Shown: positions 1 to 12,309 of the stretch, in pieces
Layout of the letters: the number at the start of each line of letters is the position of its first letter
Numbering within the stretch: the first letter of the stretch is position 1
Source: Octopus bimaculoides
Lineage: Eukaryota
NCBI RefSeq assembly: GCF_001194135.2
Contig: NC_068997.1
Coordinates: forward strand, 8,605,720 to 8,669,719
Direction of reading: 5' to 3'
DNA length: 64,000 nucleotides
Position numbers and translations under genes: made by a program
The notes under the pieces: generated by a model
The model's input: the letters and a program-made list of their open reading frames with translations, nothing else
Told to the model about the DNA's origin: nothing
Databases searched by the model: none

Positions 1-97
1 TTTACGTATAAATATGACATTTTCTCTCTCTCTCGTTCTTTCTTCCTTCCGTCCTTGCAGTTAAATTCGTTTTAATTGACAGATATTGCTGGCTGTG

Positions 98-100
<3 letters not shown>

Positions 101-179
<79 letters not shown>
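101..179. repeat. (TA)n microsatellite
   Basis: Continuous TA dinucleotide run; it generates the YI-repeat ORFs in the track. Confidence 0.98.
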
Positions 180-181
<2 letters not shown>

Positions 182-768
182 CTGTTCATCAACCCCATAC
201 ATTATCAGTCAATTCACTTTTAAACCGGATCGTCAAGGACAATTCTACTTTGTTTATTCATCTTCTCCAACTTCATTTTGACTTTTTCTTCTCAACGTAC
301 GAAGGTAAAAGAAACAATAAAACAAATATAACAAAATATAGTAAATAAAAATAAATTGAGACATATATTTAAAACTATTCTAGAAGTATTCTTCTTCGTT
401 AGCTATCATTAAACTTAGTAACTTAATTCATCTAAAATAACACTAAAATACTTCAAATATAAACAGATGTATATCATTTTATGTGGCATTCATTATTGAC
501 TATTTTCCATCTTAGATATACAATTGTCCCTTAGGGATCACATCCTTTCATTTGTATTATTATTATGATATAACCCTTATCCAAAAATTTGCTGTAGCAC
601 TCAACTTTGGTTTGTTTCGAATCCAGAAACTTCAAGTAAAGGATGAAAGAAATTTATAAAATAAAATAAGGATGATGAGAGAAGCAATGCAATAAAGGTT
701 GTTGTTGTTGTTGTTGATCTTTGGTTAATTTAATTTTCTGATTTGCTCACGAGTTGTGATTTCTCGAT

Positions 769-917
769 TATAAAAGGTGTTGTGTGAGAAGGAAATATTG
801 ATCTGTTGGGTGTGGATGTCGAGTGAGGAGAGATAAACGAATTTAATCTAAGAAACAAAACATCACAACCACACATAGTATTGGCTCCTCTTGTCAATTT
901 CAGGCAGAGAAGTAAGT
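769..917 (+). promoter_or_regulatory. Candidate TATA box (TATAAAAG, 769-776) with a downstream 5' splice donor (GTAAGT at 912)
   Basis: Both motifs seen directly inside the CpG-retaining first 3 kb. No transcript evidence. Confidence 0.25.
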
Positions 918-3900
918 TTCCTTTTTGTCTCTTTCACTTTATATTCAAGTTTGTCTCTTTCTCTTCGTATATGTGTGTGTGTATAAATCTTATTTTACTA
1001 TTAAATATCAAACCGAGGAAATGTTTAGGGTTTCCTCTTGTGTTCTTTGAACTTTCTGTCTTTAACATTCCTGAGTTTCATGTCGAAGACAACTGTTTAT
1101 CTTTTGTCTGTAAGCTTTCCTCTCTTACATTTCGAAGGATATTTCAATTCCCCGTTTACGTTTCTTTTTCCGTTTTTACTCATAAAGTTTGAGCGTGTAT
1201 GTACACACACACATATATATATACACATATACACAACCATGCTCTCGTCTTTCTCTTGTTGACACCTGTCTCACAACACAACAGACACACGTGGAACATA
1301 AACGTTTACTACTACTACCAGATGCTTTTTAAAGTTATCGGGTTCCCCCCAGCTAATTTATATAATTTACTTCATATCTTAAACCTTTATCCCTAACGAA
1401 AGCCACAATACAAGGGCCTTCAAATAACCCTGTCATTTGAAGTATTTTAAAACAGCAATGAGTCTCCAATTTATTGCTTTGTGTTCGTACATGTGCGCCG
1501 TCACTTTACTTGGGATTTTTTCGGAATCAACTGATGAGAAATTCTCTTAAACCAGCCGTTTATTCGTTGTAATTGGTAATTAAATTAATTTGGGGCTATT
1601 TTGGTATTCTTACTTATGTGAAATAATATTTAAACACTTCTAACTTGGAAGCGAGTTGCTTTTATTGTTGATTCACTTAGTCATCTGTAATCCATTAGCA
1701 GTTTTTAATATACCTGACTGATATTTCCTTGCTTCTTTGCCTCCTAGCACTGCACAGAAATTTGATAGGATTTGTTTTGTACTTCTACAAATGAAAAGCC
1801 AAAAATTCACATTTATACAAATTAAATTGGTCAGTTTGTTCGGTAAATAACCACTGGTTTGGTCAAGGAAATACACTCAGTTTGTAAACATCCTCTTTGA
1901 GAATATCTTGTTAAATCGTTATTTTCACCAGGAAATCAAATCAAATAATAGAATAAAAAATATGACATTTATAAAATAAAATGTCCTTCACCTTGTTATC
2001 AGAATAAAAATTAAAAAATGCTATGAAATAGCTCTTGCGTTTAATTATTATCATGTGTGGGTGCGTTAGAAATGAATGGATGGATAAGCTTTCTGTCAAA
2101 TTAGAAATTATCTGAAAAACCAGTATTACCATTAGAATATTTCTGTTTGTGGTGGCTTAAAGCTATTTTCAGTTGGTATTGTGCTTTCTTCCTTTATTTA
2201 TCCTTCTTTCTATTTCTATATCTCTCTCTTCCCTTTTCATATTCAAAACACATTTTCAATTAGCCTGTAATTAATTCTGTCCATAGTTGCTTCTAATACA
2301 AGCACCACAATCAAATGGAGATGTTTTCTTTTTTTCTTTCTTTTTTTTCTCCTTTTTCCATTTCGTTGAAGTAAAAAAGAAAAAAATATTTAAAAGCCGA
2401 GTAAAATTAGACAGAGGAGAGAGAGTAAGTGAGAAGGAAAAATAAATGAGAAAGAGGGAGTAAATTTGATATCTTTAACTGCCAGAACAAATGTAGTAGA
2501 ACCTTCCATTTTGGCGCTGTCAACTCCCCAGCACACTTTTAGTAACAAGCATCTTTTTGTAAGCTGACTGGTATGAAACAATTTATTTTTTTCTCTCATT
2601 TCTATAATTTTCTTCCTTTCCAAATGTCTTTTGTGTACGTGTGTATGTATATGAATGACTGTGTGTGTGTATGTGTGTGTTGTGTGTTCGAACAGTTGGC
2701 TAGCATCTTCATTCGTTCTTCCTCCAGCAACTGTCAATTTTCCTCGCATTCAATCCATCTATTCCAAAGAGTATAATCAATGTTCTCGGCCCTTCCACTG
2801 TTTTCCATATCTAGGTTAACAGATATCGGAGTCATATCTAAGATAATGTCTGCCGCATTTTTGTGAACAGGGAGTTAGTTGGCAGCGATGAGGATGAGAG
2901 TGTTTCCAATATGAACAAGATAGACGGGTCGTAATCATGACTTCCTCGATTACCTCCCCCTTCCTACACTGTCACCAATTTGAACAGCTTCTCTTTCACT
3001 CTCAACCACTCCTCTCTCTCTCTCTCTCTTTCTTAATTCCTTTCCTTCTCTCTTTCTTTCAAGAAGTTACTATTCTTTATTATTTCTTTTCATGTATTTT
3101 TCCTTTTTGTAGGGGTTCAATTATACCCCCTAGATTATTTTAAATTCTGAATAATAACACAGCAGATGTTAATAATAAAATCAAGTGTTAACAAAATTCT
3201 CTTTTGTTACCAAAAATCTGGTTTTTACCTAACTGATTAAAAAAAAATTCCATTTTTTTTTTCTTTGACTCACGAAAAGAATAATATTTCTTTATGGTAT
3301 AAAATATCTTGACTCCTTAATATCTTGCACAATATATTCATTATGCTTTTATCTATGAGAGCATTGTTCTTCTCTCATCCGTTTCTTCATACATTGTAAA
3401 AGAAACTTGCTTAACTACACTTATTAAAAGCATAATTAGAGTGGTAAGAAGTTTGTGTGTCTACATTTTCATAAATTAGGTTTGTTCTTAATTATTACTG
3501 TTCCCTCTTCTAACCCAATATAATTGTAACCCAATCCCTTAAATCTGTGATGTAAACTCAATCTGAATAAGTAAGGAGTCACTTTACAAGTTTTCTGTAT
3601 GTGAAAATTACAAAAATAATAATAATAATAATAGACAAAATAGAATAAAAAAGCAAAAGAAAACCTTCATTAGGAAAAAGAAAGTGATTGACTATTTATG
3701 AAACCTTTAGAAGAAATACTTGAAGAATTATTTCTTTTGCTAAGATTACTTCTCCACTTTTTCAAAAAATTGTTAGCTTCTTTTAATGCCATCACACACA
3801 ACAGACTAACTTTTTGGTAAGATCTAAAGAAGCCTGATCATGTATCTGAAATTTTTCTCAACTTCTTAATGACTAAGAGAATTTCATTAAATCACCCTTT

Positions 3901-4260
3901 TAATTTCTTGTAATTTCGTATGTTGGTATTTTCTCAACTATTTAAAGTGGGTTAAAGAAGGATTGTGTATATAGTGTAAATATTCCACTATACTTTGATC
4001 CCCGCCCTCAGTTAGAAAACATCATTGTGTACATTATTTAAGAAATCTTTCTGTAAAACCAAATTCTCTGAATTTAGCTCTTATGTGCTTCCCTCATTGG
4101 ATAATAATGTACCATCACCTATTTCTTAATAATCCAACTTTCATTTTCCCAGATTTTATTTAATATGATCTATTTATATATGTTCAAAAAGTTTTGCATG
4201 AGGTTGGTTTTGAAAAACTTTTAAACTACTCTCTCTTCTAAGTACCATAACTTCTTCACT

Positions 4261-4293
4261 GTTGCCATGGTTACCCAAAATGGCTGCCAACAT
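4261..4293. promoter_or_regulatory. RFX X-box-like site followed by a YY1-like motif
   Basis: 4261-4274 reads GTAACCATGGCAAC on the minus strand, matching GTHNYYATRRNAAC; it is followed by CAAAATGGCTGCC. Confidence 0.3.
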
Positions 4294-5054
4294 GGTACCA
4301 CCTAAACAGATCTCTTCTCCTGATTCTCTCAGTTTATTTCACTGCAACATATTTCTGAAGAGTACATGTCTCAAACTGGATAAAATATTTAACAAGGACA
4401 GTAAAATATCAGTTTGACCCACTGGAAGGCTAACAGTGTTAATTATTTGAGAATAAGAGTGTGAGAGAGAACAAACCATCACTTGTGCATGTCAAGTCTT
4501 CTCTTAACATTTCATTTAACCCTAGGTCCAGCAATGTGTACTATCCATCCCTTAAAAAACAACAGCCACAAATCTTCACATACACACACCCGACCCATTT
4601 ACTTAAGAATTTCCTGTTTTATTTTGCTGTAATCGTTTATAATTTTTTCTCTGTTTCTCTCTCTCTCTCTCTCCCTATCTATCACTTTTCCAAGCCAAGC
4701 TCTGCGTGAGCTTGTTTATCTTGCTATGTACTTCACCTGTTTCTTCCAAATGTATTAATGCTTCATGGGAATTACATGTTAGGTCAGCCATCCTGTCAAA
4801 TTATCCAAAGTTGTGCGGCAGTCAGCTTAACTCCTGGCTTTTTAAGTTTACTGATTTTAATATACAGCAACTAGACTATACTGGATGAAGGTAGTAGTAG
4901 GGTATACATGCATATATACATAATATTGAATTTTATTATATTGTAGACTTTACTTGGCTTTGATGGCTTAGCACCAATCAACATGATGTGCAGCAGGGTG
5001 GTAGCATGATTATTCAAATGTTTCCCATTATTATTATTATTATTATTATTATCA

Positions 5055-5184
5055 TTATTATTAAACCTTGCTTTTCATCCTTTTGGAGTCAATAAATTAA
5101 ATACCAGCAAAACACTGTGGTCGATGTAATCAAGTAGTTCCCTCCCCAAAATTTCAGGCCTTGTGCCTATAATAGAAAGGATTA

Positions 5185-5215
<31 letters not shown>

Positions 5216-5515
5216 CATTATCATTCAAATTCCACTGAGGTCAACTTTGCTTTTCATCTTTTTGGGGTCGATAAAATAAGTACCGGTTTAACACTGAGCT
5301 GAAGTAATTGACTTAATCCTGGTCTGGAAATTGCTGGCCTTGTGCCAAATTACAAAATCATTATTATTATTATTCAAATTCCGCCAAGGTTTTCTTTCCC
5401 CTTCATCCTTTTGCGGGGTCTTTAAAATACGTACCAGTTAAACATTGGGTTGAAGTAATTGACTAGCTCCCTTTCTCCCGCAAAATTTTCAAGGTCTTGT
5501 GCGTAGAGCAGAAAT
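5055..5515 (+). mobile_element. Three tandem 5'-truncated family-B SINEs separated by (ATT)n
   Basis: Each unit has the B core (CAACTTTGCYTTTCATCCTTT..GGGGTC..TAAA..AAGTACCAG) and a CTTGTGCC tail running into (ATT)n. Confidence 0.8.
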
Positions 5516-5528
5516 AATAATAATAATG

Positions 5529-5576
<48 letters not shown>

Positions 5577-6605
5577 TGCAGTCTATCCCCTGTTAAAACT
5601 TAGTGAGCTTTTTTCAGCAGTGTGAGTCATATTCTATCTATGAAACTATAAAAATACCTTTGTAGGTTTTCTGTGATCAACTTTCTAAACTCATTCTCCA
5701 AACTGTCTGTGTGTCCTCTACTTTGGCTGATCTCCTTGAGTGAGAGGGATGAACACCATCACAAAATTTCATTTCTGCTTTCTAATAATCCTGAAGCAAA
5801 ATATTATAGTATATCATTTTGTTTAGTTATGCAAAATGAAAAAGAAAGAAACAAAAGGTTGAATTATTGCAGTACAATTCATTTAGGTTTTTTTCTTTTC
5901 TTTTCTTTTTTTTTAAATGATTTTTCTGGAGGAAATTATTCTCTCAAATATTAGTTTTTACTAATTATATTCTAGTCTTAATTAGTTAATCCTGTATTTT
6001 TTTTTAATAACGAACTATTTTGTCTAAACACAAAACATTCTCTCACTTTATAAACAGCTCATTTGAATAATAAAATACACTGCAAACCTCCAATATACTT
6101 GTTCAAATATGATCGGAGAAGCATATAATATTAATTAATGCTTCATGTTTCATCAAAATGGACAGTTTTGTGAAAATCAGGTGATTCTTCATTTCTGATG
6201 CCTGTATATAATAATAATGATTTCACATGAAAAAATAAAATGTAATAATAATGATAATAATAATTTGAAGATATTCAAATTCAAAGTATCGAACATCTTT
6301 TCTGTTTTTATATTTTACAGGCATTTAGTTAATTATATTATTGTAAAAGCAAAATATCTGAATTTATGATTTAGAAAACAATAACGACATTGACTTATTT
6401 TATTTGTTTTATTTATTATATTAGTTTTGAGAAACTGCCAAATCTCAAACTGAATGATTTTCTTCATATCCTCTCTATTTGTGAAGAAGTATTAAAATAA
6501 AAATCAATATTTATTTATTATTATTACCATTTGTAAGTGCTTGATTGTCTGTATCAAACTTAATGGATATTAGCATACACACACACACACACACACATAT
6601 ACTCA

Positions 6606-6647
<42 letters not shown>

Positions 6648-7109
6648 TTTACTGATAAGTAATGTTTCACTCATTGAGACTGAATGAATTGTAGTAATAA
6701 TGTTTATCTATATTGTATTAAATTAAAATTTGTTCCGGAAAATTCTTCTCATCAGTCTATTTTTCTGTCATCCATCTGGTGTAATAAATAATATGTTTAA
6801 AAATACAGCAGTGCAGTGATGATATTTTGGTTTTCTTCAAATGACTGTGACCTTCAAACAAATGCTTGATGAGCTTCTGTGATTTCTAACATCAGCTTGA
6901 CCTTAATAAGTCATATTGCTGAAAAAGCTGGTTATGGTTTTTATTTTATTTTTTATTTTTACATTTTATTACTTTCTCACTCAGCAGGTTCTGTCATTAC
7001 TATTAAATAACCAATTTTCAGTCAGATAAACACAGTCTAAGCCAGTTTCCCAAACTCAACGTTTCCCAAACATTTTTACTCTTGAAGAATCCTTGGAAAT
7101 CATTCCATG

Positions 7110-7310
7110 TCTCAGGATCATCATCATCATCATCATTTGATGTCCACTTGGCATGGGTTGGACACTTTGACAGGAGCTGGCAAGCCAGAGAACTGCACCA
7201 GGCTCTAATATCTGCTTTTTGGCATGGTTTCTACAAGTAGGTTTCCTTCCTAACGCCACCAACTTTATCAAGTCTACCGGATGCTTTTTACATGGCACCA
7301 GAAGTGCAGT
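7110..7310 (-). mobile_element. Family C (RTE-type 3' tail) fragment
   Basis: Decayed GGCGTTAGGAAGG..AAACC..AACCCATGCCAAG..(GAT)n on minus; the same tail recurs many times in the window. Confidence 0.7.
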
Positions 7311-7389
7311 AAAATGGGCAGAGATTGGATTTCCTCATTGAAAGCTTATAAGGAATGATATTCTTCACCAATTACAATATAAAATGAAA

Positions 7390-7870
7390 TTTTTAACGTC
7401 CTCTTCCCCATGCTTGCATGGGTCAGATGGAATTCATTGAGGTAGATTTTCTACAGCCAGGTGCCCTTCCTGTTACTAACCCTCACCCATTTCCAAAAAG
7501 ATAACATTTCCCCCATGACTGGATTCATTTTTACCATACACTGGAAATGCAGGATATTGCTTGTTTACAATAATTGTGTAATGTCAGGATAAAGAGACTT
7601 AAACACACACACATGCACATGTGTGTTTGTGTATTTACCATCATCATCATCATTGTTTTAATGACCACTCTCCTGTCCTTGCATGGATCAGAAATAATTT
7701 GTTGAGGTGGATTTTCTACAACTGGATGCCCTTCCTGTCACCAACCCTCACCTGTTTCCAAGTAAGATGATATTTCTTTATGATGATGTGTTTCCGTGGA
7801 AAATTGGAAATGAACGATACCGCTTGCATGATGGTGACACTTGTTTACGATTATCATGCGATATCAAAAA
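7390..7870 (-). mobile_element. Two family C variant fragments
   Basis: GAAACAGGTGAGGGTTGGTGACAGGAAGGGCATCC..GTAGAAAATC motif on minus, ending in (GAT)n. Confidence 0.65.
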
Positions 7871-8255
7871 CGGTAACATGCATATACCCATAGATATGAG
7901 CTTCTTTCAGTTTCCATCTACCAAATCCACTCTTGGGGCTTTGGTTGGCCCAGAGTTGTTAGAAGACACTTGGCATGTAATGAGATTGATCTTGAAATCA
8001 TGTGGCTGGGAAGCGACACCGACAACCATTTACAACTGTCATAAGATGGCCATTTAAGACAAGGACACACAAACAAACACATACTCGCATGCATACATAT
8101 GACAGGCTTCTTTCAGTTTCCGTCTACCAAATCCATTCACGAGGCTTTGGCCAGCCTGGAGCTTTAACAGAAGACACTTGCCCAAGGCACAGTGGGATTC
8201 AACTCAAAACAGTGTAGTTGAGAAACAAACAGTCTGAAACTACAACAAAAAAAAG

Positions 8256-8455
8256 AAAATTTGTTTAAACCGGCCATATCCAGCCCAAATATTCTATATG
8301 TTTTATATTCAAACTGGCCAGATCCAGCATCTCACACCTAACCTACATTGACATTCTAAAAATAAACAATCACATCATTGAAACCTCAAAGCTATAAGAT
8401 AATGCATGATTAATTAAAAACAATTTGAGTGAAAAATTATTACATTTAACAGAGT
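8256..8455. mobile_element. TTAA-type MITE family E, right end replaced by the inverted duplication
   Basis: Internal sequence matches 39400-39626; the expected GCTAAAGGGTTAA terminus is missing. Confidence 0.7.
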
Positions 8456-8661
8456 AATATGAATAAAAAAAATAAAGAAAGAAAAAGCAAATGTTATAGA
8501 ACAACCAAGTTAGTAACAAAACGAAAATGGTAAACACACACACACACACACACTCATCTATATCTCTCTTTCTCTTGCTCACACACACACACACACACAC
8601 ACACAAGAGAAACAAGAGTAAATGTCAGCTACAGATGAGTTAAAAAAGTTCTAATATCATA
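8456..8661. repeat. Left arm of a local inverted duplication (partner 9838-10057)
   Basis: Identical to the reverse complement of 9838-10057 except within the CA/CT microsatellite. Confidence 0.92.
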
Positions 8662-8819
8662 AATATAATAAATATTAATGCATCAAACTGGCCGTCTTGT
8701 TAGAGTGTTGGAAAAATTCTTTATGTTATTTCATCTGACTCTTTACATTCTGGGTTCACATCCCATCAAAGTCAGCTTTGCCTTTCATACTTTCAAGGCT
8801 TGTAAAATACTCCCTCTAG

Positions 8820-9235
8820 CCCCTGTGCTGCTGGCACGTAAAAAAGCACCCACTACATTCAGAGTGGTTGGCGTTAGGAAGGGCATCCAGCTGTAGAAAC
8901 ACTGCCAGACAAGATTGGAGCCTGGTGCAGCCACTGGCTCTCCAGATCTGTCAGACTGTCAAACCCATGCCAGCATGGAAAACAGATGTTAATCGATGAT
9001 GATGATATATACATGTGTGTGTGTGTAGGATTGCGTCACTGTCATACGAGCAGTGTTCTGTGTTTCCAATTTTGCATGGAAACAGGGCCAACCATAAAGA
9101 AATATTACCTTGCTTGGAAACAAGTATGGGTTGGTGACAAGAAGGGCATCTGGCTGTAGAAAATCCACCTCTACAGATTCTGTTTGACCCATGCAAGCAT
9201 GGAAAAGTGGATGTTACAACGATGATGATAGAAAC
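8820..9235 (+). mobile_element. Two family C (RTE-tail) copies in tandem
   Basis: AAAAGCACCCACTAC..GAGTGGTTGGCGTTAGGAAGGGCATCCAGCTGTAGAAAC..AACCCATGCCAGCATGGAAAA..(GAT)n, followed by a variant copy. Confidence 0.8.
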
Positions 9236-9837
9236 GATGATTAGCATCGTTACATCACTATTGATTAAATCCTTTGATTCTCTTGTGTTCTTACACCTGA
9301 TCGTGACATCTTTTAATCAAGCCACTGAGGAAAGCTTGACCAATGAGAAATAGCAGCCAAATCTTCCTGAGATTAATTCCTATCATTTTAGTTGGTCACA
9401 TTTGATAATGGAGTCCTAGATTTTTATTATACAAAGAAGGGAATGGAATGGTCAGCATTGTGAGGAAGAAAGATAGGAACTGTCCTCACAGTCTTTTCGC
9501 ATTCTAGTTTCCCATTCCTCTTCTTTTCACTCTATATACGTATAGTTTTTTTTTTCTGTTTTATCTTATTTTATTTTTATTATTCTCTCCCTTCCTTCTT
9601 CCCCCCTCTCTCTCTCTCTTTTTCTGTCTCTCTCTTCCAAGAACAAAACTTCCTTTAAGGCATGTATTAACAGTTTTCTTTTTCTTCGGCTCAAAAATTA
9701 ACATTTAATTGCATTCTTCTCTCATCCATCCATCCACACACACGTCTCTCCACTCCCCACTAGAAGGGGGAAAAAAACTAACAACAAAAAAATGAAATTC
9801 TCATGAGACTCTCAATGAAGTTGAACCATGTATGGAA

Positions 9838-10057
9838 TATGATATTAGAACTTTTTTAACTCATCTGTAGCTGACATTTACTCTTGTTTCTCTTGTGTGT
9901 GTGTGTGTGTGTGAGAGAGAGAGTGTGTGTGTGAGCAAGAGAAAGAGAGATATAGATGAGTGTGTGTGTGTGTGTGTGTTTACCATTTTCGTTTTGTTAC
10001 TAACTTGGTTGTTCTATAACATTTGCTTTTTCTTTCTTTATTTTTTTTATTCATATT
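9838..10057. repeat. Right arm of the local inverted duplication (partner 8456-8661)
   Basis: Reverse complement of 8456-8661, with an extra (GA)n block inside the microsatellite. Confidence 0.92.
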
Positions 10058-10619
10058 TGTGAGGTTGTTTGTTGTTTTTTTCCCTCCTGTATTTTTAAAT
10101 GTGTAAAAAAAAACATACACACACGCACACACATTACATACACACCACTCTTTTCATCCGTTTTCCTTCTTACTGGCACCATTCATATACAAGAAGAGTC
10201 TGCTCTTATCTACGTGTATTCAGGAATATTGTCTTGTTTGTTTGTTTGCTTGTTTCTTCATTGTTAATCCCACCATTCTTGCTTGTTCATTCTCTTCCCA
10301 AACGTTTTAGGCCCTTGTGGCTAATGGATGATATCATCATCATCATCATCATTGGATTGACAGAAGCATTTGAGTAGCAGACGATAATTACTTACAGCAT
10401 CTCTTTCAGTTCTTAATGTTCTGTGTTCAAATTCCACTGAGGTCATCTTCACCTTTCTTCCTTCCAAGATGGATAAAATTAAGATACCTGTCAAATACTG
10501 GAGGTCGCCATAATCAACTTGACCCTTTCTTTCAAAATCACTGGTCTTGTTTCAAGCATACTGAATTTTGAATCCAAAGGCCCATAAGTTTAAATCTCAT
10601 TAAGGGTTCAAATTCTTTT

Positions 10620-11597
10620 GCGGTGGTGAACTGGCAGAATCGTTAACACACCAGGCAAAATGCTTAACGGCATTTCATCTGTCTTTTTGTTCTGAGTTCA
10701 AATTCCACCAAGGTCAACTTTGCCTTTCATCCTTTCAGGTTCGATAAAATANNNNNNNNNNNNNNNNNNNNNNNNNNNNNNNNNNNNNNNNNNNNNNNNN
10801 NNNNNNNNNNNNNNNNNNNNNNNNNNNNNNNNNNNNNNNNNNNNNNNNNNNNNNNNNNNNNNNNNNNNNNNNNNNNNNNNNNNNNNNNNNNNNNNNNNNN
10901 NNNNNNNNNNNNNNNNNNNNNNNNNNNNNNNNNNNNNNNNNNNNNNNNNNNNNNNNNNNNNNNNNNNNNNNNNNNNNNNNNNNNNNNNNNNNNNNNNNNN
11001 NNNNNNNNNNNNNNNNNNNNNNNNNNNNNNNNNNNNNNNNNNNNNNNNNNNNNNNNNNNNNNNNNNNNNNNNNNNNNNNNNNNNNNNNNNNNNNNNNNNN
11101 NNNNNNNNNNNNNNNNNNNNNNNNNNNNNNNNNNNNNNNNNNNNNNNNNNNNNNNNNNNNNNNNNNNNNNNNNNNNNNNNNNNNNNNNNNNNNNNNNNNN
11201 NNNNNNNNNNNNNNNNNNNNNNNNNNNNNNNNNNNNNNNNNNNNNNNNNNNNNNNNNNNNNNNNNNNNNNNNNNNNNNNNNNNNNNNNNNNNNNNNNNNN
11301 NNNNNNNNNNNNNNNNNNNNNNNNNNNNNNNNNNNNNNNNNNNNNNNNNNNNNNNNNNNNNNNNNNNNNNNNNNNNNNNNNNNNNNNNNNNNNNNNNNNN
11401 NNNNNNNNNNNNNNNNNNNNNNNNNNNNNNNNNNNNNNNNNNNNNNNNNNNNNNNNNNNNNNNNNNNNNNNNNNNNNNNNNNNNNNNNNNNNNNNNNNNN
11501 NNNNNNNNNNNNNNNAGGTACCAGTTGCATACTGGGGTCGATCTAATCGACTGCACCCCTCCCCCAAAATTTCGAGCCTTGTGCCTAAGTAGAAAAG

Positions 11598-11634
<37 letters not shown>
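10620..11634 (+). mobile_element. Family-B SINE spanning an assembly gap, with (ATT)n tail
   Basis: GGTGAACTGGCAGAATCGTTAA..TTCTGAGTTCAAATTCC..GTCAACTTTGCCTTTCATCCTTTC, then gap 10752-11515, then GTACCAG..CTTGTGCCTAAGTAGAAAAG(ATT)n. Confidence 0.85.
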
Positions 11635-11637
<3 letters not shown>

Positions 11638-12064
11638 GTTTGGTTTTTGCTTTGTATCTGCACAAGAGACAACAAATTTTAAGTTCATGTTGGTGTTATG
11701 ACTCGGGTGCCATATATTTAGGTCTGCACAAAGAATTGTTCTATAGAATGTCAGTCGAAACATGAGTAAATTGGAAGTTTGTTTTAAAAGTAATTTGATT
11801 ATAAAATGATGGTCTGATGATAAGATGACAATAAAGGGTGTTTACTGTTCTTTTTTTTTTTTTTTACTTGTTTCAGTTATTTGACTGCGGCTATGCTGGA
11901 GCACCGCCTTTATGTGCATTTAAAAGTATTTCGACACTGTTTATGGATTAAGATGTTAAAATGTTACATAGTCAATATTTTACATAGGATATGGGCAGTT
12001 CCCATGAGCCTTATTTTTTTGAATTTCTGCCAGATACCAGGAAATCCAAAAATGGCAGAAATTC
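11635..12064 (-). mobile_element. R4/Dong-like non-LTR retrotransposon 3' remnant with a 5' inversion; interrupted by a family-A tail fragment (about 11862-11908)
   Basis: Homologous to 61183-61553; minus frame gives ..AEIQK..LMGTAHIL.KIL; its 3' end abuts (TAA)n. Confidence 0.75.
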
Positions 12065-12080
12065 CAACGTTGGAAGAATT

Positions 12081-12307
12081 TTAACCCTTTCGTTTCAACC
12101 CAGCTGAAACTGGCTCTGGCTCTGAGTACTAATGTCTTGTTTTCATAAGTTCTAAACTAAAATCTTCCACCAAACCTTAGTCACAATTTATGTTCCTAAC
12201 ACCAGCTTAATGATAACTAAGTTATTTTACTAAATTCTTTGTTATATTTAAAGTAACTGAACCAAACACAGAGCATCTCAAAACAAATACAGTAACAAAA
12301 GGGTTAA
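12081..12307. mobile_element. TTAA-flanked MITE family F (piggyBac-like ends)
   Basis: TTAA-CCCTTTCGTT ... GTAACAAAAGGG-TTAA; homologous copies at 17968-18199 and 52977-53206. Confidence 0.85.
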
Positions 12308-12309
12308 GT

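Noticed and set aside
1528-1560. CTGATGAG-AAATT-CTC-TTAAAC hammerhead-like motif
   Set aside because: No GAAA, minimal stem II, and no stem I partner.
5030-5580. Repeat-spacer periodicity suggestive of a CRISPR-like array
   Set aside because: The units are homologous SINE bodies separated by microsatellite in eukaryotic DNA, with no cas genes.
5658-5790. Minus-strand exon-like segment with good AG and GT
   Set aside because: All three frames contain stops across the full segment, and the shorter version needs a weak AAG acceptor.
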